A DNA stretch of 64,000 nt from the human T2T-CHM13v2.0 reference genome, Homo sapiens (GCF_009914755.1 NC_060935.1), one strand, 5' to 3'; positions 12,826 to 28,400 are shown, numbered from the stretch's first letter. The notes: a model not told the origin generated them from the letters alone. A program made the numbers and translations.

Positions 12826-14219
12826 GACTCAAATGGACAGAGCAGTATGCAGAGGCTTGCACTGTGAACTTTAGCTCCAGATTGACTACAAGAACAAACC
12901 AGCAATCCTGAGAGGATCCACAAACCCTCTGAAGGAAGCAGACAGCTCCTGCAGGACCTGGGAGATACCCCAAATACTGTGAGTGCCCCAACTGCAGAAG
13001 GGGGAAAGGGAGAGCCTCCTCTCCTGAACACATACCCCCACTGGAGAAACTGAAGTTCTGTTTGTGGGAGAAGTTTCTGACCTTACCTGGAACTAAGCCA
13101 ATTTAGAGAGCTGAGCAAAATACAGGGGTAGAGGAAGCAGCAGAAAGGCCCTGGGAGCTTGCTGGGAGCCCAAGCAGGCCATTCCTGCCTGGCACCAGAG
13201 GGATCCATTGGGAGGGTGGCCAGAGGTGGCGGGGTGGGTTGGGGGAACTCCACAGGGAGAAGGAAATCTCCAGCTGAACTCTGTAACAATTTGAACGGGG
13301 TGAGAAGGCTCCTGGCCAGAACTTGGGGGAGGGCACAAATCTGGTGTGCAGACTCCACAGGCGGAGGAAGAACCAAGCCCTTTTCTTTTGCAGCTGGGAA
13401 GTGGGTAGCCTGGGGCAAGTTTTCAAGCCCAGCTCGCCCACCACCTGGAAACAGACTCGGTGCTGTTTGTTGGGGGGTAGGGAGAGCATGGTGGGAGTGA
13501 GACTGGCCCTTGGGTTTGCATGGGAGCTGGGTGAGGCCTGTGATTGCTGGCTTTCCCCAGCTTCCCTGACAACTTGCATGGCTCAGCAGGGGCAGCCATA
13601 GTCCGCCCAGGTACACAACTCCAGTGACTTGGGAATCTCACCCCCATCCCCTACAGCAGCCACAGCAAGACCCACCCAAGGAGAGTCTGAGCTCAGACAT
13701 GCCTAGCCCTGCCCCCGACCTGATGGTCCTTTCGTACCCACCCTGGTAGTGGAAGACAAAGAGCATTTAATCGTGGGAGTTCTAGGGCCCCACCCACCGC
13801 TGGTTCCTCATCATACTACCACAGCTGAGGCTCTCTGGAAAGTGTCACCTCCTGGCAGGAGGCCAAAAACCACCAAAATACAGCATTAAACTACCAAAGC
13901 TAAGAACCCTCACAGAGTCCATTGCAACCCCCTGCCACCTCCACTGGAACAGGCACTGGTATACACCACTGAGAGACCCATAGATAGTTCATATCACAAG
14001 ACTCTTTGCAGACAACTCCCAGTACCAGCCTGGAGCTGGGTAGACTTGCTGGGTGGCTAGACCCAGAAGAGAGACAACAATCATTGCAGTTCGGCTTACA
14101 GGAGCGCACATCCATAGGAAAAGGGGGAGAGTACTACATCAAGGGAACACCCTGTGGGACAAAAGAATCTGAACAACAGCCTCCAGCCCAAGATCTTCCC
14201 TCTGACAGAGGCTACCCAA

Positions 14220-15529
<1,310 letters not shown>

Positions 15530-16001
15530 ATCACACAGAACCTATAAAACAAAAATACAAGTTAAAAAGCAAAAACAAAAAACAAAGTACACTGGCAACA
15601 AATAGCACGATGAATGCAATGCTGTCTCACATCTCAATACTAACATTGAATGTAAATGGCCTAAATGCTCCACTTAAAAGATACAGAACCGCAGGGTGGA
15701 TAAAAACTCACCAACCATCTGCTGCCTTCAGTCCTTACCTAGCAGTAAGGACTCACATAAACTTAAAGTAAAGGGGTGGGAAAAGGCATTTCATACAAAT
15801 GGACACCAAAAGCCAGCAGGGGTAGCTATTCTTATATCAGACAAAACAAACTTTAAAGCAACAGAAGTTAAAAGAGACAGAGGGACATTATATAATGGTA
15901 AAAGGCCTTGTCCAACAGGAAAATATCACAATCCTAAACATATATGCACCTAGCACTGGGGCTCCCAAATTAAAACAATTACTAATAGACCTACGAAATA
16001 A

Positions 16002-16285
16002 GGCTAGGCATGGTGGCTCCTGCCTGGAATCTCAGCACTTTGGGAGGCCAAGGTGGGCGGATCACGAGGTCAGGAGATCGAGACCACCCTGGCTAACACA
16101 GTGAAACCCTGTCTCTACTAAAAATACAAAAAAAAAATGAGCCGGGCGCGGTGGTGGGTGCCTGTAGTCCCAGCTACTCAGGAGGCTGAGGCAGGAGAAT
16201 AGCGTGAACCTGGGAGGCGGAGCTTGCAGTGAGCTGAGATAGCGCCACTGCAGTCTGGCCTGGGAGAAAGAGCAAGACTCCAACT

Positions 16286-16319
<34 letters not shown>
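16002..16319 (+). mobile_element. AluY (possibly Yk-like) in L1 ORF2, with a pure ~33-nt A tail
   Basis: Alu dimer whose 3' end reads gagatagcgccactgcagtctggcctgggagaaagagc, followed by an uninterrupted poly(A). Confidence 0.9.
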
Positions 16320-16325
<6 letters not shown>

Positions 16326-19300
16326 TGAGATAGACAGCAACACAATAATAGTGGGGGACTTCAGTACTCCACTGACAGCACTAGACAGGTCATCAAGACA
16401 GAAAGTCAGCAAAGAAGCAATGGATTTAAACTATACCTTGGAACAAATGGACTTAATAGTTATATACAGAACATTTCATCCAACAACCACAGAATACACA
16501 TTCTATTCAACAGCACATGGAACTTTCTCCAAGATAAGCCACATGATAGGCCATAAAATGAGCCTCAATAAATTTAAGAAAATTTAAATTATATCGAGCT
16601 CTGTCTCAGACTGCAGTGGAATAAAATTGGAAATCAACTCCAAAAGGAAACTTTAAAACCATGAAAAAAACATGGAAATTAAATAACCTGCCTCTGAATG
16701 AGCACTGAGTCAAAAATGAAATCAAGATGGAAATTTAAAAATTCTTCGAACTTAACGACAATAATGACACAACCTGTCAACACCTCTGGGATATGACAAA
16801 GGTGGTGCTAAGAGGAAAGTTCATAGCCCTAAACACCTACATCAAAAAACACTGAAAGAGCACAAACTGACATTCTAAGGTCATACCTCAAGGAACTAGA
16901 GAAACAAGAACAAATCAAACCCAAACCCAGCATAAGTAAGGAAATAACCAAGATCAGAACAGAACTAAATGAAATTGAAACAAAGAAACAAAAAATACAA
17001 AAGATAAATGAAACAAAAAGCTTATTTTTGAAAAGATAAAGAAAACTGATAGACCTCTAACAAGATTAACCAAGAAAAGAAGAGAGAAAATCCAAATAAC
17101 CTCACTAAGAAACAAAACAGGAGATATTACAACTGACACCACTGAAATACAAAAGATCATCCAAGGCTATTGTGAACAGCTTTATGCACTTAAACTAGAA
17201 AACCTAGAAGAGATAAATAAATTCCTGGAAAAATGCAACCCTCCCAGCTTAAGTCAGAAAGAACTGGCTATCCTGAACAGACCAATAACAAGTAGCGAAA
17301 TTGCAATGATAATTAAAAAATTACCAACAACAAAGAAGTCCAGCACCAGATGGATTCACAGCAGAATTCTACCAGACAGTCAAAGAAGAATAGGTACCAA
17401 TCCTTTTGACACTATTCCACAAGATCGAGAAAGAAGGAACCCTCCCTAATTCATTCTATGAAGCCAGCACCACCCTAACCCAAAATCAGGAAAGGACATA
17501 ACCAAAAAAGAAAACTATGGACCAATAATCTTAATGAACATAGATGCTAAAATCCTTAATAAAATACTAGCTAACCAAATCCAACAACATATGAAAAAAA
17601 AATAATTCACCTGATCAAGTGGGTTTCACACCAGGGATGCAGGGATGGTTTAACATAAGCAAGTCAATAAATGTGCTACACCACGTAAACAGAATTAAAA
17701 ATCACATGATCATTTCAATAGATGCAGAAAAAGCATTTGACAAAATTCAGCATCCCTTTATGATTAAAACACTCAGCAAAATCAGCATACAAGGGAGATA
17801 CCTCAATGTAATAAAAGCCATCTATGACAAACCCACAGACAACATAATATTGAATAGGGAAAAGTTGAAAGCATTCCTTCTGAGAACTGGAATAAGACAA
17901 GGAAGCCCACTCTCATCACTCTTCTTCAACACAACACTGGAATTCCTAGCCAGAGCAATCAGTCAAGAGAGAGAAATAAAGGGCTTCCAAATCAGTAAAG
18001 AGAAAGCCAAACTGTCACTGTTTGCTGAAGATATGATTGTTTACCTTGAAAGCCCTAAAGACTCCTCCAGAAAGCTCCTAGAACTGATAAAAGAATTCAG
18101 CAAAGTTTCCAGATAGAAGATTAATATATACAAATTAGTAGCTCTTCTATACACCAACAGCGACCAAGTGGAGAATAAAATCAGGAACTCAACTCCTTTT
18201 ACAATAGCTGCAAAAAAATAACATACTTAGGAATCTGCCTAACCAAGGAGTCAAAAGATCTCTACAAGGAAAACTACACAACACTGCTGAAAGAAATCAT
18301 AGATGACACAAATAAATGGAAACACATTCCATGCTCATGAATGGGGAAAATCAATATTGTGAAAATGATCATACTGCCAAAAGCAATCTAAAAATTCAAC
18401 CCAATTCCCATCAAAATACTACCATCATTCTTCACAGAACTAGAAAAAACAATTCTAAAATTCATATGGAACAGAAAAAGAGCCTGCATAGCCAAAGCAA
18501 GACTAAGCAAAAAGAACAAATCTGGAGGCATCACACTGCCTGATTTCAAACTATATTATAAGGCCATAGTCACCAAAACAGTGTGGAACTGGTATAAAAA
18601 TAGGCACATAGACCAACGGAACAGAATAGAGAACCCAGAAATAAACCCAAATACTTACAGCTAACTGATCTTCGACAAAGCAAACAAATATAAAGTGGAG
18701 AAAGGACAACCTATTCAACACATGGTGCTGGGATAATTGGCTAGCGACATGTAGGAGAATGAAACTGGGTCCTCATCTCTCACTTATACAAAAATCAACT
18801 CAAGATGGATTAAGGACTTAAATCTAAGACCTAAAACTATAAAAATTCTAGAAGATAACATTGGAAAAACCCTTCTAGAAATTGGCTTAGGCAAGGATTT
18901 CATGACCAAGAACCCAAAAGCAAATACAGTAAAAACAAAGATAAATAGCTGGGACCTAATTAAACTAAACAGCTTTTGCACAGCAAAAGGAACAGTCAGC
19001 AGAGTAAACAGACAACTCACAGAGTGGGAGAAAATCTTCACCATCTGTACACCTGACAAAGGACTAATATCCAGAATCTACAATGAACTTAAACAAATCA
19101 GTAAGCAAAAAACAAATAATCCTATCAAAAAGTGGGCTAAGGACAGGAACAGGCAATTCTCAAAAGAAGATATATAAAGGGCCAACAAACATATGAAAAA
19201 ATGCTCAATATCGCTAGTGATCAGGGAAATGCAAATCAAAACCACAATGTGATACCACCTTACTCCTGCAAGAATGGCCATAATCAAAAAATAAAAAAAA

Positions 19301-19594
19301 AACCCAGTAGATATTGGTGTGGATGTGGTGATCAGGGAACACTTCTACACTGCTGGTGGGAATGTAAACTAGTACAGCCACTATGGAAAACAGTGTGGAG
19401 ATTCCTTAAAGAACTAAAAGTAGAACTACCATTTGACCAATGAATCCCACTAGTGGGTATCTACCCAGAGGAAAATAAGTCATTATACAAAAAAGATACT
19501 TGCACATGCATGTTTATAGCAGCACAATTCACAATTGCAAAATTGTAGAACCAGCCCAAATGCCCATCAATCAACCAGTGGATAAAGTAACTGT

Positions 19595-19797
19595 GATATA
19601 CATATCATATATATACACACACATATATGATATATCATATATGTATGATATATATGATACATCATACATATATGATCATACATATATGATATATACATCA
19701 TATATACATATATGTATATATCATATATACATATATATGATATATATCATTATATATGTATGATATATATATTCCATCATATATATCATATATATGA
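19595..19797. repeat. (TA)-derived low-complexity expansion inside L1PB1
   Basis: Degenerate TATATGA/TCATATA tract interrupting the 3' part of ORF2. Confidence 0.9.
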
Positions 19798-20158
19798 TGG
19801 AATACAACTCAGCATTAAAAAAATGAATTAACAGCATTTGCAGAAATCTGGATGACATTGGAGACTATTATTCTAAGTGAAGAAACTCAGGAATGGAAAA
19901 CCAAACATTGTATGTTCTCACTGGTATGAGGGAGCTAAGCTATGAGGATTCAAAGGCATAACAATGATACAATGGATTTTGGGAACTTATGGGGAAGAGT
20001 GGGTTGGGGGCAAGGGATAAAAGGCTACAAATATGGTGCAGTATATACTGCTTGGGTGATGAGTGCACCAAAATCTCACAAATCACCACTAAAGAACTTA
20101 TTCATGTAACCAAATACTAGCTGTACCCCAATAACTTATTGAAATATAATAATAATAA

Positions 20159-21560
20159 AAACAAATTTGGGGAAGAGGTATGTGATGGACCTCTTTGAGT
20201 GATCAAAAGCTGTGAAGATATCTGCATCCCATGTAAGTGCTCACCAATGGGTGACCTCAGCAGAGGAGGATTTTAATAATCAAGTGGATAGGATGATCCA
20301 TTCTATGAACACCACTCAGCCTCTTTCTCTAGCCACCCCTGTCATCGCCCAGTGGGCCCATGAACAATGTGGCCATGGTGGCAGGGATGGAGGTTATGCA
20401 TGAGCTCAGCAACATGTACTTACACTCACCAAGAGTGGCTACAGCCACTGCTGAGTGCCCAATTTCCCAGCAGCAGAGAACAACACTGAGCTCTCAATAT
20501 GGCACCATTCCTCAGGATTATTAGCCAGCTACCTAGTGGCGGGTTGATTATACTGGACCTCTTCCATCATGGAAAAGGCAGAGGTTTGTTCTCACTGGAA
20601 CAGATACTTGCTCCGGATATGGGTTTGCCTATCCTTCACGCAATGCTTCTGCCAAGACTACCATCCATGGACTCACAGAATGCCTTATCCACTGTCATGG
20701 TATTCCACTCAGCATTGCCTCTGACCAAGGCACTCACTTTATGGCTAAAGAAGTGTGACAGTGGGCTCATGCTCATGGAATTCACTGGTCTTACCATGCT
20801 CCCTATCATCCTAAAGCAGCTGGATTGATAGAATGGTGGAATGGCCTTTTGAAGTCACAGTTACAAAGCCAACTAGGTGACAATACTTTGCAGGGCTGGG
20901 GCAAAGTTCTGCAGAAGGCCGTGTATGCTCTGAATCAGCATCCAATCTATGGCACTGTTTCTCCCATAGCCAGGATTCATGTTTCCAGGAATCAGGGGGT
21001 GGAAGTGGCACCACTCACCATTACCCCTGGTGATCCACTAGCAAAAATTTTACTTCCTGTTCCTGTGACATTATGTTCTGCTGGCCTAGAGGTTTTAGTT
21101 CCAGAGGGAGGAGCACTGCTATCAAAAGACACAACGATTCCATTAAAGTGGAAGTTAAGATTGCCACCTGGACATTTTGAGCTCCTTCCACCTTTAAGTC
21201 AACAGGCTAAGAAGGGAGTTACAGTGTTGGCTGGGGTGACTGACCTGGATTATCAAGATGAAATCAGTCTGCTACTCCACAACGGAGGTAAGGAAGAGTA
21301 TGCATGGAATACAGGAGATCCATTAGGGCATCTCTTAGTATTACTCTGCCCTGTGATTAAGGTCAATGGAAAACTACGACAGACCAATCCAGGCAGACTA
21401 CAAATGAACCAGACCCCTCAGGAATGAAGGTTTGGATCATGCCACCAGGCAAAAAAACCCACAAGGTGCTTGCTGAAGGCAAAGGGAATACAGAATGTGT
21501 AGTAGAAGAAGGTTGTCATTAATACCAGTTACAACCGCGTGACCAGCTGCCGAAATGAGG
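20159..21560 (+). pseudogene. HERV-L C-terminal RNase H, integrase and dUTPase-like region, disrupted
   Basis: HVSAH...NNQVD (RNase H end); WAHEQCGHGG (integrase zinc-finger start); IEWWNGLLK (integrase); SAGLEV and GVTVLAGVTDLDYQDEI (dUTPase-like) in the 200-codon frame 20825-21427. Confidence 0.9.
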
Positions 21561-21867
21561 ACTGTAATTGTTGTAAGTATTTCCTCTTTCTTTTGTTAAA
21601 AACACGTCTGCGCATATATACGCTTGTACTAAGAAAATACTTTCATTTTATTTCCTTTCTCCTTTATCATGTGACATAAGATTTATTAACTTCACGTCAA
21701 CATTTAAGTGTTGTTAACTTTATGTAATAGCATTTGGGTTGGGGATTGGTGCGTCTCCAGTTGTATGAAGGATTGTTGTTTTATGTTAGGCATAATTATG
21801 ACCTTATTATTGTCTTTATTTGAAGATTATGTATGATCTCAAGAGATGTGCATGGGTTCAGGTTGAC

Positions 21868-21879
21868 AAGGGGTGGACT
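21868..21879 (+). promoter_or_regulatory. Polypurine tract
   Basis: aaggggtggact abuts the TG start of the 3' LTR. Confidence 0.7.
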
Positions 21880-24130
21880 TGTGATTGTTAATACTGAGTG
21901 TCAACTTGATTGGATTGAAGGATACAAAGTACTGATCCTGGGTGTGTGTGTGAGGGTGTTGCCAAAGGAGGTTAATATTTGAGTCAGTGGGCTGGGAAAA
22001 GCAGACCCACACTTAATCTGGGTGGGCACAATCTAATCAGTTGCCAGCATGGCTAGAATATAAGCCGGCAGAAAAATGTAAAAAGAGAGACTGGCCTAGT
22101 CTCCCAGCCTACATCTTTCTCTCATGCTGGATGCTTCCTGCCCTCAAATATCGGACTCCAAATTCTTCAGTTTTGGAACTTGGACTGGCTCGCTTTGCTC
22201 TTCAGCCTGCAGATGGCCTATTGTGGGACCTTGTGATGGTGTGAGTTAATACTTAATAAACTCCCCTTTATATATATATATATATATATAATATATATAA
22301 TATATAAAAATATATAATATATAATATAAATATAATATATATTATATAATATAGTTATATATAAATAAAATATATATTATATTATATATAAATATATATT
22401 ATATTTATATATAATATATTTTAATATATTATATACAAATAATATATATTTATACATAATATATTAAAATATATTATATTTATACATAATATATTAAAAT
22501 ATATTATATTTATATAAATACATAAAACATATATTATATTTATATAAATACATAAAACATACATTATATTTATATAAATACATAAAACATACATTATATT
22601 TATATAAATACATAAAACATACATTATATTTATATAAATACATAAAACATACATTATATTTATATAAATACATAAAACATACATTATATTTATATAAATA
22701 CATAAAACATACATTATATTTATATAAATACATAAAACATACATTATATTTATATAAATATACAAAATATACATTATATTTATATAAATATATAAAATAT
22801 ACATTATATTTATATAAATATATAAAATATACATTATATTTATATAAATATATAAAATATATATTATATTTATATAAATATATAAAATATATATTATATT
22901 TCTATAAATATATAAAATATATATTATATTTATATAAATATATATTATATTTCCATAAATATATAAAATATATATTATATTTCCATAAATATATAAAATA
23001 TATATTATATTTCTATAAATATATAAAATATATATTATATTTCTATAAATATATAAAATATATATTATATTTCTATAAATATATAAAATATATATTATAT
23101 TTCTATAAATATATAAAATATATATTATATTTCTATAAATATATAAAATATATATTATATTTCTATAAATATATAAAATATATATTATATTTCTATAAAT
23201 ATATAAAATATATATTATATTTCTATAAATATATAAAATATATATTATATTTCTATAAATATATAAAATATATATTATATTTCTATAAATATATAAAATA
23301 TATATTATATTTCTATAAATATATAAAATATATATTATATTTCTATAAATATATAAAATATATATTATATTTCTATAAATATATAAAATATATATTATAT
23401 TTCTATAAATATATAAAATATATATTATATTTCTATAAATATATAAAATATATATTATATTTCTATAAATATAAAATATATATTATATTTCTATAAATAT
23501 ATAAAATATATATTATATTTCTATAAATATATAAAATATATATTATATTTCTATAAATATATAAAATATATATTATATTTCTATAAATATATAAAATATA
23601 TATTATATTTCTATAAATATATAAAATATATATTATATTTCTATAAATATATAAAATATATATTATATTTCTATAAATATATAAAATATATATTATATTT
23701 ATAGAAATATATAAAATATATATTATATTTCTATAAATATATAAAATATATATTATATTTCTATAAATATATAAAATATATATTATATTTCTATAAATAT
23801 ATAAAATATATATTATATTTATATAAGTATATAAAATATATATATTTTATATAAGTATATAAAATATATATTATATTTATATAAGTATATAAAATATATA
23901 TTATATTTATATAAATATATAATATATATATTATATTTATATAAATATATAATATATATATATTTATATAAATATAATATATATATTATATTTATATAAA
24001 TATATAAAATATATAATATATTTATATAAATATATAATATATATTTTATATTTATATATAATACATAGATTATGTAATATATATGTATTTGCCATTAGTT
24101 CTGTCCCTCTAGAGAACGCTGAGTAATACA
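21880..24130 (+). mobile_element. 3' LTR (MLT2A1-like) containing a ~1.8-kb minisatellite
   Basis: Starts tgtgattgttaatactgagtg right after the PPT and ends ctctagagaacgctgagtaataca. AATAAA at 22255-22260. Confidence 0.9.
22268..24085. repeat. AT-rich minisatellite, 30-bp unit, roughly 50-55 copies
   Basis: Blocks of acattatatttatataaatacataaaacat (~22501-22740) and atattatatttctataaatatataaaatat (~22940-23820), with degenerate ends. Very few G residues. Confidence 0.97.
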
Positions 24131-25486
24131 GATGGCATAAGTGAGTGCTATAATACAAAATTTGAAGATGGAACCAACATTCCTTATGTCCGCTTACATC
24201 TTTTATTCTGTCTCCTAGGTGACAGGCATTTCTTGCCTAGATGACTCTCAGGCATGGTCTCTTATTCACTCTGGACACTCCTTGTCAGGGCACAGAGCCC
24301 TTCACATCTGCCCCTGCCAATGTCTTCTGGATCGTCTCCCATCTCTCCCTATATGCCTCCTCAACTTCAACTCCCCAGAATCATAGGCAGTTCCGGCGTG
24401 CAACATGGCTTCCTTTAGACCAGGTTCCCACCTGCTAGCCAGTCCTCAGCAACCTCTGCTGTGTGGTTTCCCTTTCTTTAATCCTTTGCTCAAGCCTCTT
24501 GAGATTTGAAACCTTCTTTGAAGACATACCATCCCCTTCCCTCCGGGCTCCCTACCCCCAAGGTTGGGCTAAATGCCCTTACTTTGATGGTCTGGACTGG
24601 TCAGTCCTAAGCCTCACCTATTTACCTGAGTGGGTGGGGATGTGTCCTAAGTAGATATCCCATGTCTTTTGTGCTGTGGGTCATAGTCAAAATAGTCAGC
24701 AATCCACTGATCTTATTTACCCTCCTGTTTAAGACGCTTCCAAGTCTTGTGTGAGGCTCAGACTGAGCCTTTAAAATCCCCACATTTCCCTTTTCTGGGC
24801 TGCTCTGCCTGGCAGAAACAGGGCTACATCTTGTTCTTGTACTCTGGAAGCCTGGTAGCACTGTTTGACCACCACAGAAGAAGTCTGCTTAATGGACTCA
24901 CATTTTTGTAATAAAATAAAAGCACCAAGCCAGAATAGAAGCCTTCGTTGTCAGATCTTATTCTCCAAATGTATTTTCTTCACAGTTTTCTAACTTCTAA
25001 AACCATCAAACAGCTTTGGCATGACAGTCGTCTTCCACAAATGAAAACAGGATTTAGTGCAGTGGCGTTTCTGCTGCTCTGAGGGAAGCTGATTTAGACA
25101 GAAGAGGCAGGAAGGAAGAGGGAGGGGATCTGTGGACCTGGAGCCAGGTCCCTGCAGAGGTAGCTGGGCCTCTGACTCTACTGTCTGTGGGTGGAAAAAC
25201 AATCTTTCCCCTTGGACCAAAAGTACCAGGCTGCCTCCCTGAGATTAAGGTGCTAGACGGAGCCTATTAATGTGAATATACCATTCAAGGCAGTGAAAAC
25301 AGGCTTAACACAGAATCATCAGCAGCAGGAGACCTAGAGACTTCTTCCTAGCTCTGTCTTCCTCCTACCTCTGCTCCTAATTCCCTTCTTCTCTGGGCCT
25401 CAGATTCCTCACCTGAAAATGGAAGGATTAGATTAAATCAGCGGCTCTTATTTTCTGACTGTGACTCAACATTAAGAAATACATTT

Positions 25487-28400
25487 GAAGACTAAGAAAC
25501 AGAGAAGACCCAAATAAAATCAGAGATGAAAAAGGAGACATTACAACTGACACTGCATAAATTCAAAGGAACATTAGAGACTACTATGAGCAACTGTATG
25601 CCAATAAATTGGAAAACCTAGAAGAAATGGATAAATTCCTAGACATACACATCCTACAAATATTAAACCATGAAGAAATCCAAATCCTGAACAGACTAAT
25701 GACAAGTAATGAGACTGAAGCCATAATAAAAAGTCTCTCAGCAAAGAAAAGCCTGGGACCTGATGGCTTCACTGCTGAATTTCACCAAATATTTTAAAAA
25801 GAACTAATACCAATCCTACTCAAACTATCCTGAAAAATAGAGGAGGAGGAATACTTCCAAACTCATTCTACAAGGCCAATATTACCCTGATACCCAAGCC
25901 AGACAAAGATGCATCAAACAAATAAACAAAACCAAACAAACAAAACTAGGCCAATATGATTGATGAACATCAATGGAACAAAACACTAGAAAACTGAATT
26001 CAACAACTCATTAAAAAGATCACTCATCATAACCAAGTGGAATTTATTCCCAGATGCAAGGATGGTTCAACATACAAAAATCAATCAATGTGATATATCA
26101 TATTAATAGAATGAAGAATGAAAATCATATAATCATTTCAATTGATGCTGAAAAGGCATTTGACAAAATTCTTTTATGATAAAAATTCTAAAAAACTTGG
26201 TATAGAAAGAACATACCTCAACACAATAAAAGCCATATGTAACAGATTCACAGCTGGAATCATATTGAGTGGGGAAAAACTAAAAGCCTTTCCTCTAAGA
26301 TGTGGAACGTAACAATGATGCCAACTCTTGCCACTGTTATTTAACATAGTACTGGAGCTAGAGCAATCAGACAAGAGAAAGAAATAAAGGGCATCCAAAT
26401 TGGAAAGGAAGAAGTCAAATTATCCTTGTTTGCAGATGATGTGACCTTACATTTGGAAAAAGCTAAAGACTCCATCAAAAAATTTTTAGAACTGATAAAC
26501 AAATTCAGTAAAGTTGCAGGGTACAAAATCAATGTAAAAATATCAGTAGGATTTCTATATGCCAACAGCAAACAATCAGAAAAAAAAATTAAGAATGTAA
26601 TCCCATTTATAACAGCTATAAATAAAGTTGTTAAATACCTAGGAATAAAATTTACCAAAGAAATAAAAGATCTCTACAATGAAAACTGTAAAACATTGAC
26701 AAGAAATTGAAGAGGACACCAAAAAATAGAAAGATATTTCTTGTTTATGGATTGGAAGAATCAATATTGTTAAAATACTCATGCTACCAAAAGGAATCCA
26801 CAGATTGAATGCAATTCCTATTAAAATACCAAAGACATTCTTCACAGCAATAGAAAAAACAATCCTAAATTTTAGATGGAGCCACAAAAGACCTGGAATA
26901 GGCAAAGCTATCCAAAGCAAAAAGAACACATCTAGAGGAATCACATTACCTGACTTCAAATTATACTACAGAGCTATAGTAACCAAAACAGCATGGTACT
27001 GGTATAAAAACAGACACATAGACCAATGGAACAGAATAGAGAACTCAGAAACAAATCTGCATACCTACAGTGAACTCATTTACAACAAAGGTACCAAGAA
27101 CACACACTGGGGAAAGGACACTCTCTTCAGTAAATGGTGCTGGGACATGAAAAAAATGCTCATCATCACTGGCCATCAGAGAAATGCAAATCAAAACCAC
27201 AATGAGATACCATCTCACACCAGTTAGAATGGTGATCATTAAAAAGTCAGGAAACAACATGTGCTGGAGAGGATGTGGAGAAATAGGAACACTTTTATGC
27301 TGTTGGTGGGAGCGTAAACTAGTTCAACCATTGTGGAAGACAGTGCGGTGATTCCTCAAGGATCTAGAACTAGAAATACCATTTGACCCAGCGATCCCAT
27401 TACTGGCTATATACCCAAAGGATTATAAATCATGCTACTATAAAGACACATGCACACGTATGTTTATTGTGGCACTATTCACAATAGCAAAGACTTGGAA
27501 CCAACCCAAATGCCCATCAATGATAGACTGGATTAAGAAAATGTGGCACATATACACCATGGAATACTATGCAGCCATAAAAAATGATGAGTTCATGTCC
27601 TTTGTAGGGACATGGATGAAGCTGGAAACCATCATTCTGAGCAAACTATCGCAAGGACAGAAAACCAAACACTGCATGTTCTCACTCATAGGTCGGAATT
27701 TAACAATGAGAACACTTGGACACAGGGTGGGGAACATCACACAATGGAGCCTGTTGTGGGGTGGAGGGAGTGGGGAGGGATAGCATTAGGATAAATAACC
27801 TAATGTAAATGACGAGCTAATGGGTGCAGCACAGCAACATGGCACATGTATACATATGTAACAAACCTGCATGTTGTGCACATGTATCCTAGAACTTAAA
27901 GTATAATAAAAATAAATAAATAAAATAAAAAATAAAAATAAATAAATAAATGGTGCTGGGAAAACAAGGTATCCATATGCAGAAGAATGAAACTAGATCC
28001 CTACCTCTCACCATGTAAAAACATAAATCAAAGTGGATTAATGACTTAAATGTAAGACCTGAAACTAGGAAACTACTAAAAGAAAACATTAGAGAAACTC
28101 TCCAGGACACTGGACTAGGCAAAGATTTTCCAAGTAAAACTCACAAGCACAGACAACCAAAGGAAAAATGGATAAATTGGATCACATCAAGTTGAAAAGC
28201 CTCTGCACAGCAAAGAAAAACAATATCAACAAAGTAAAGAGACAACCCACAGAATGGGAGAAAATGTTTACCAACTATTCATCTGATGACGCATTAATAA
28301 TCAGAATATATAAGGACCTAAGGCAACTCGGCAGGAAAAAAATATAATAATTTGATTAAAAAGTAAACAAAAGATCTGAATAGAAGAATGTCAAAAGAAG

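Larger units (their letters stand above)
15610..19938 (+). pseudogene. L1 ORF2 (endonuclease/RT), disrupted
   Basis: LNVNGL and GDFSTPL (endonuclease); DAEKAFD, RQGSPLS and LFAEDM (RT, with the catalytic FADD mutated); many frameshifts. Confidence 0.9.

Noticed and set aside
13083-13647. Overlapping antisense ORFs (177 and 158 aa) in the L1PB 5' UTR, suggesting an ORF0 analogue
   Set aside because: GC-rich UTR sequence is stop-poor in several frames on both strands, and I see no resemblance to L1PA ORF0.
21430-21879. Possible env gene between pol and the 3' LTR
   Set aside because: The gap is only ~450 bp with no ORF, and HERV-L lacks env.
22268-24085. Regular 30-bp periodicity resembling a CRISPR array, plus repetitive ORFs
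   Set aside because: The units are head-to-tail with no unique spacers, there are no cas genes, and the context is eukaryotic. The ORFs are translation artefacts.
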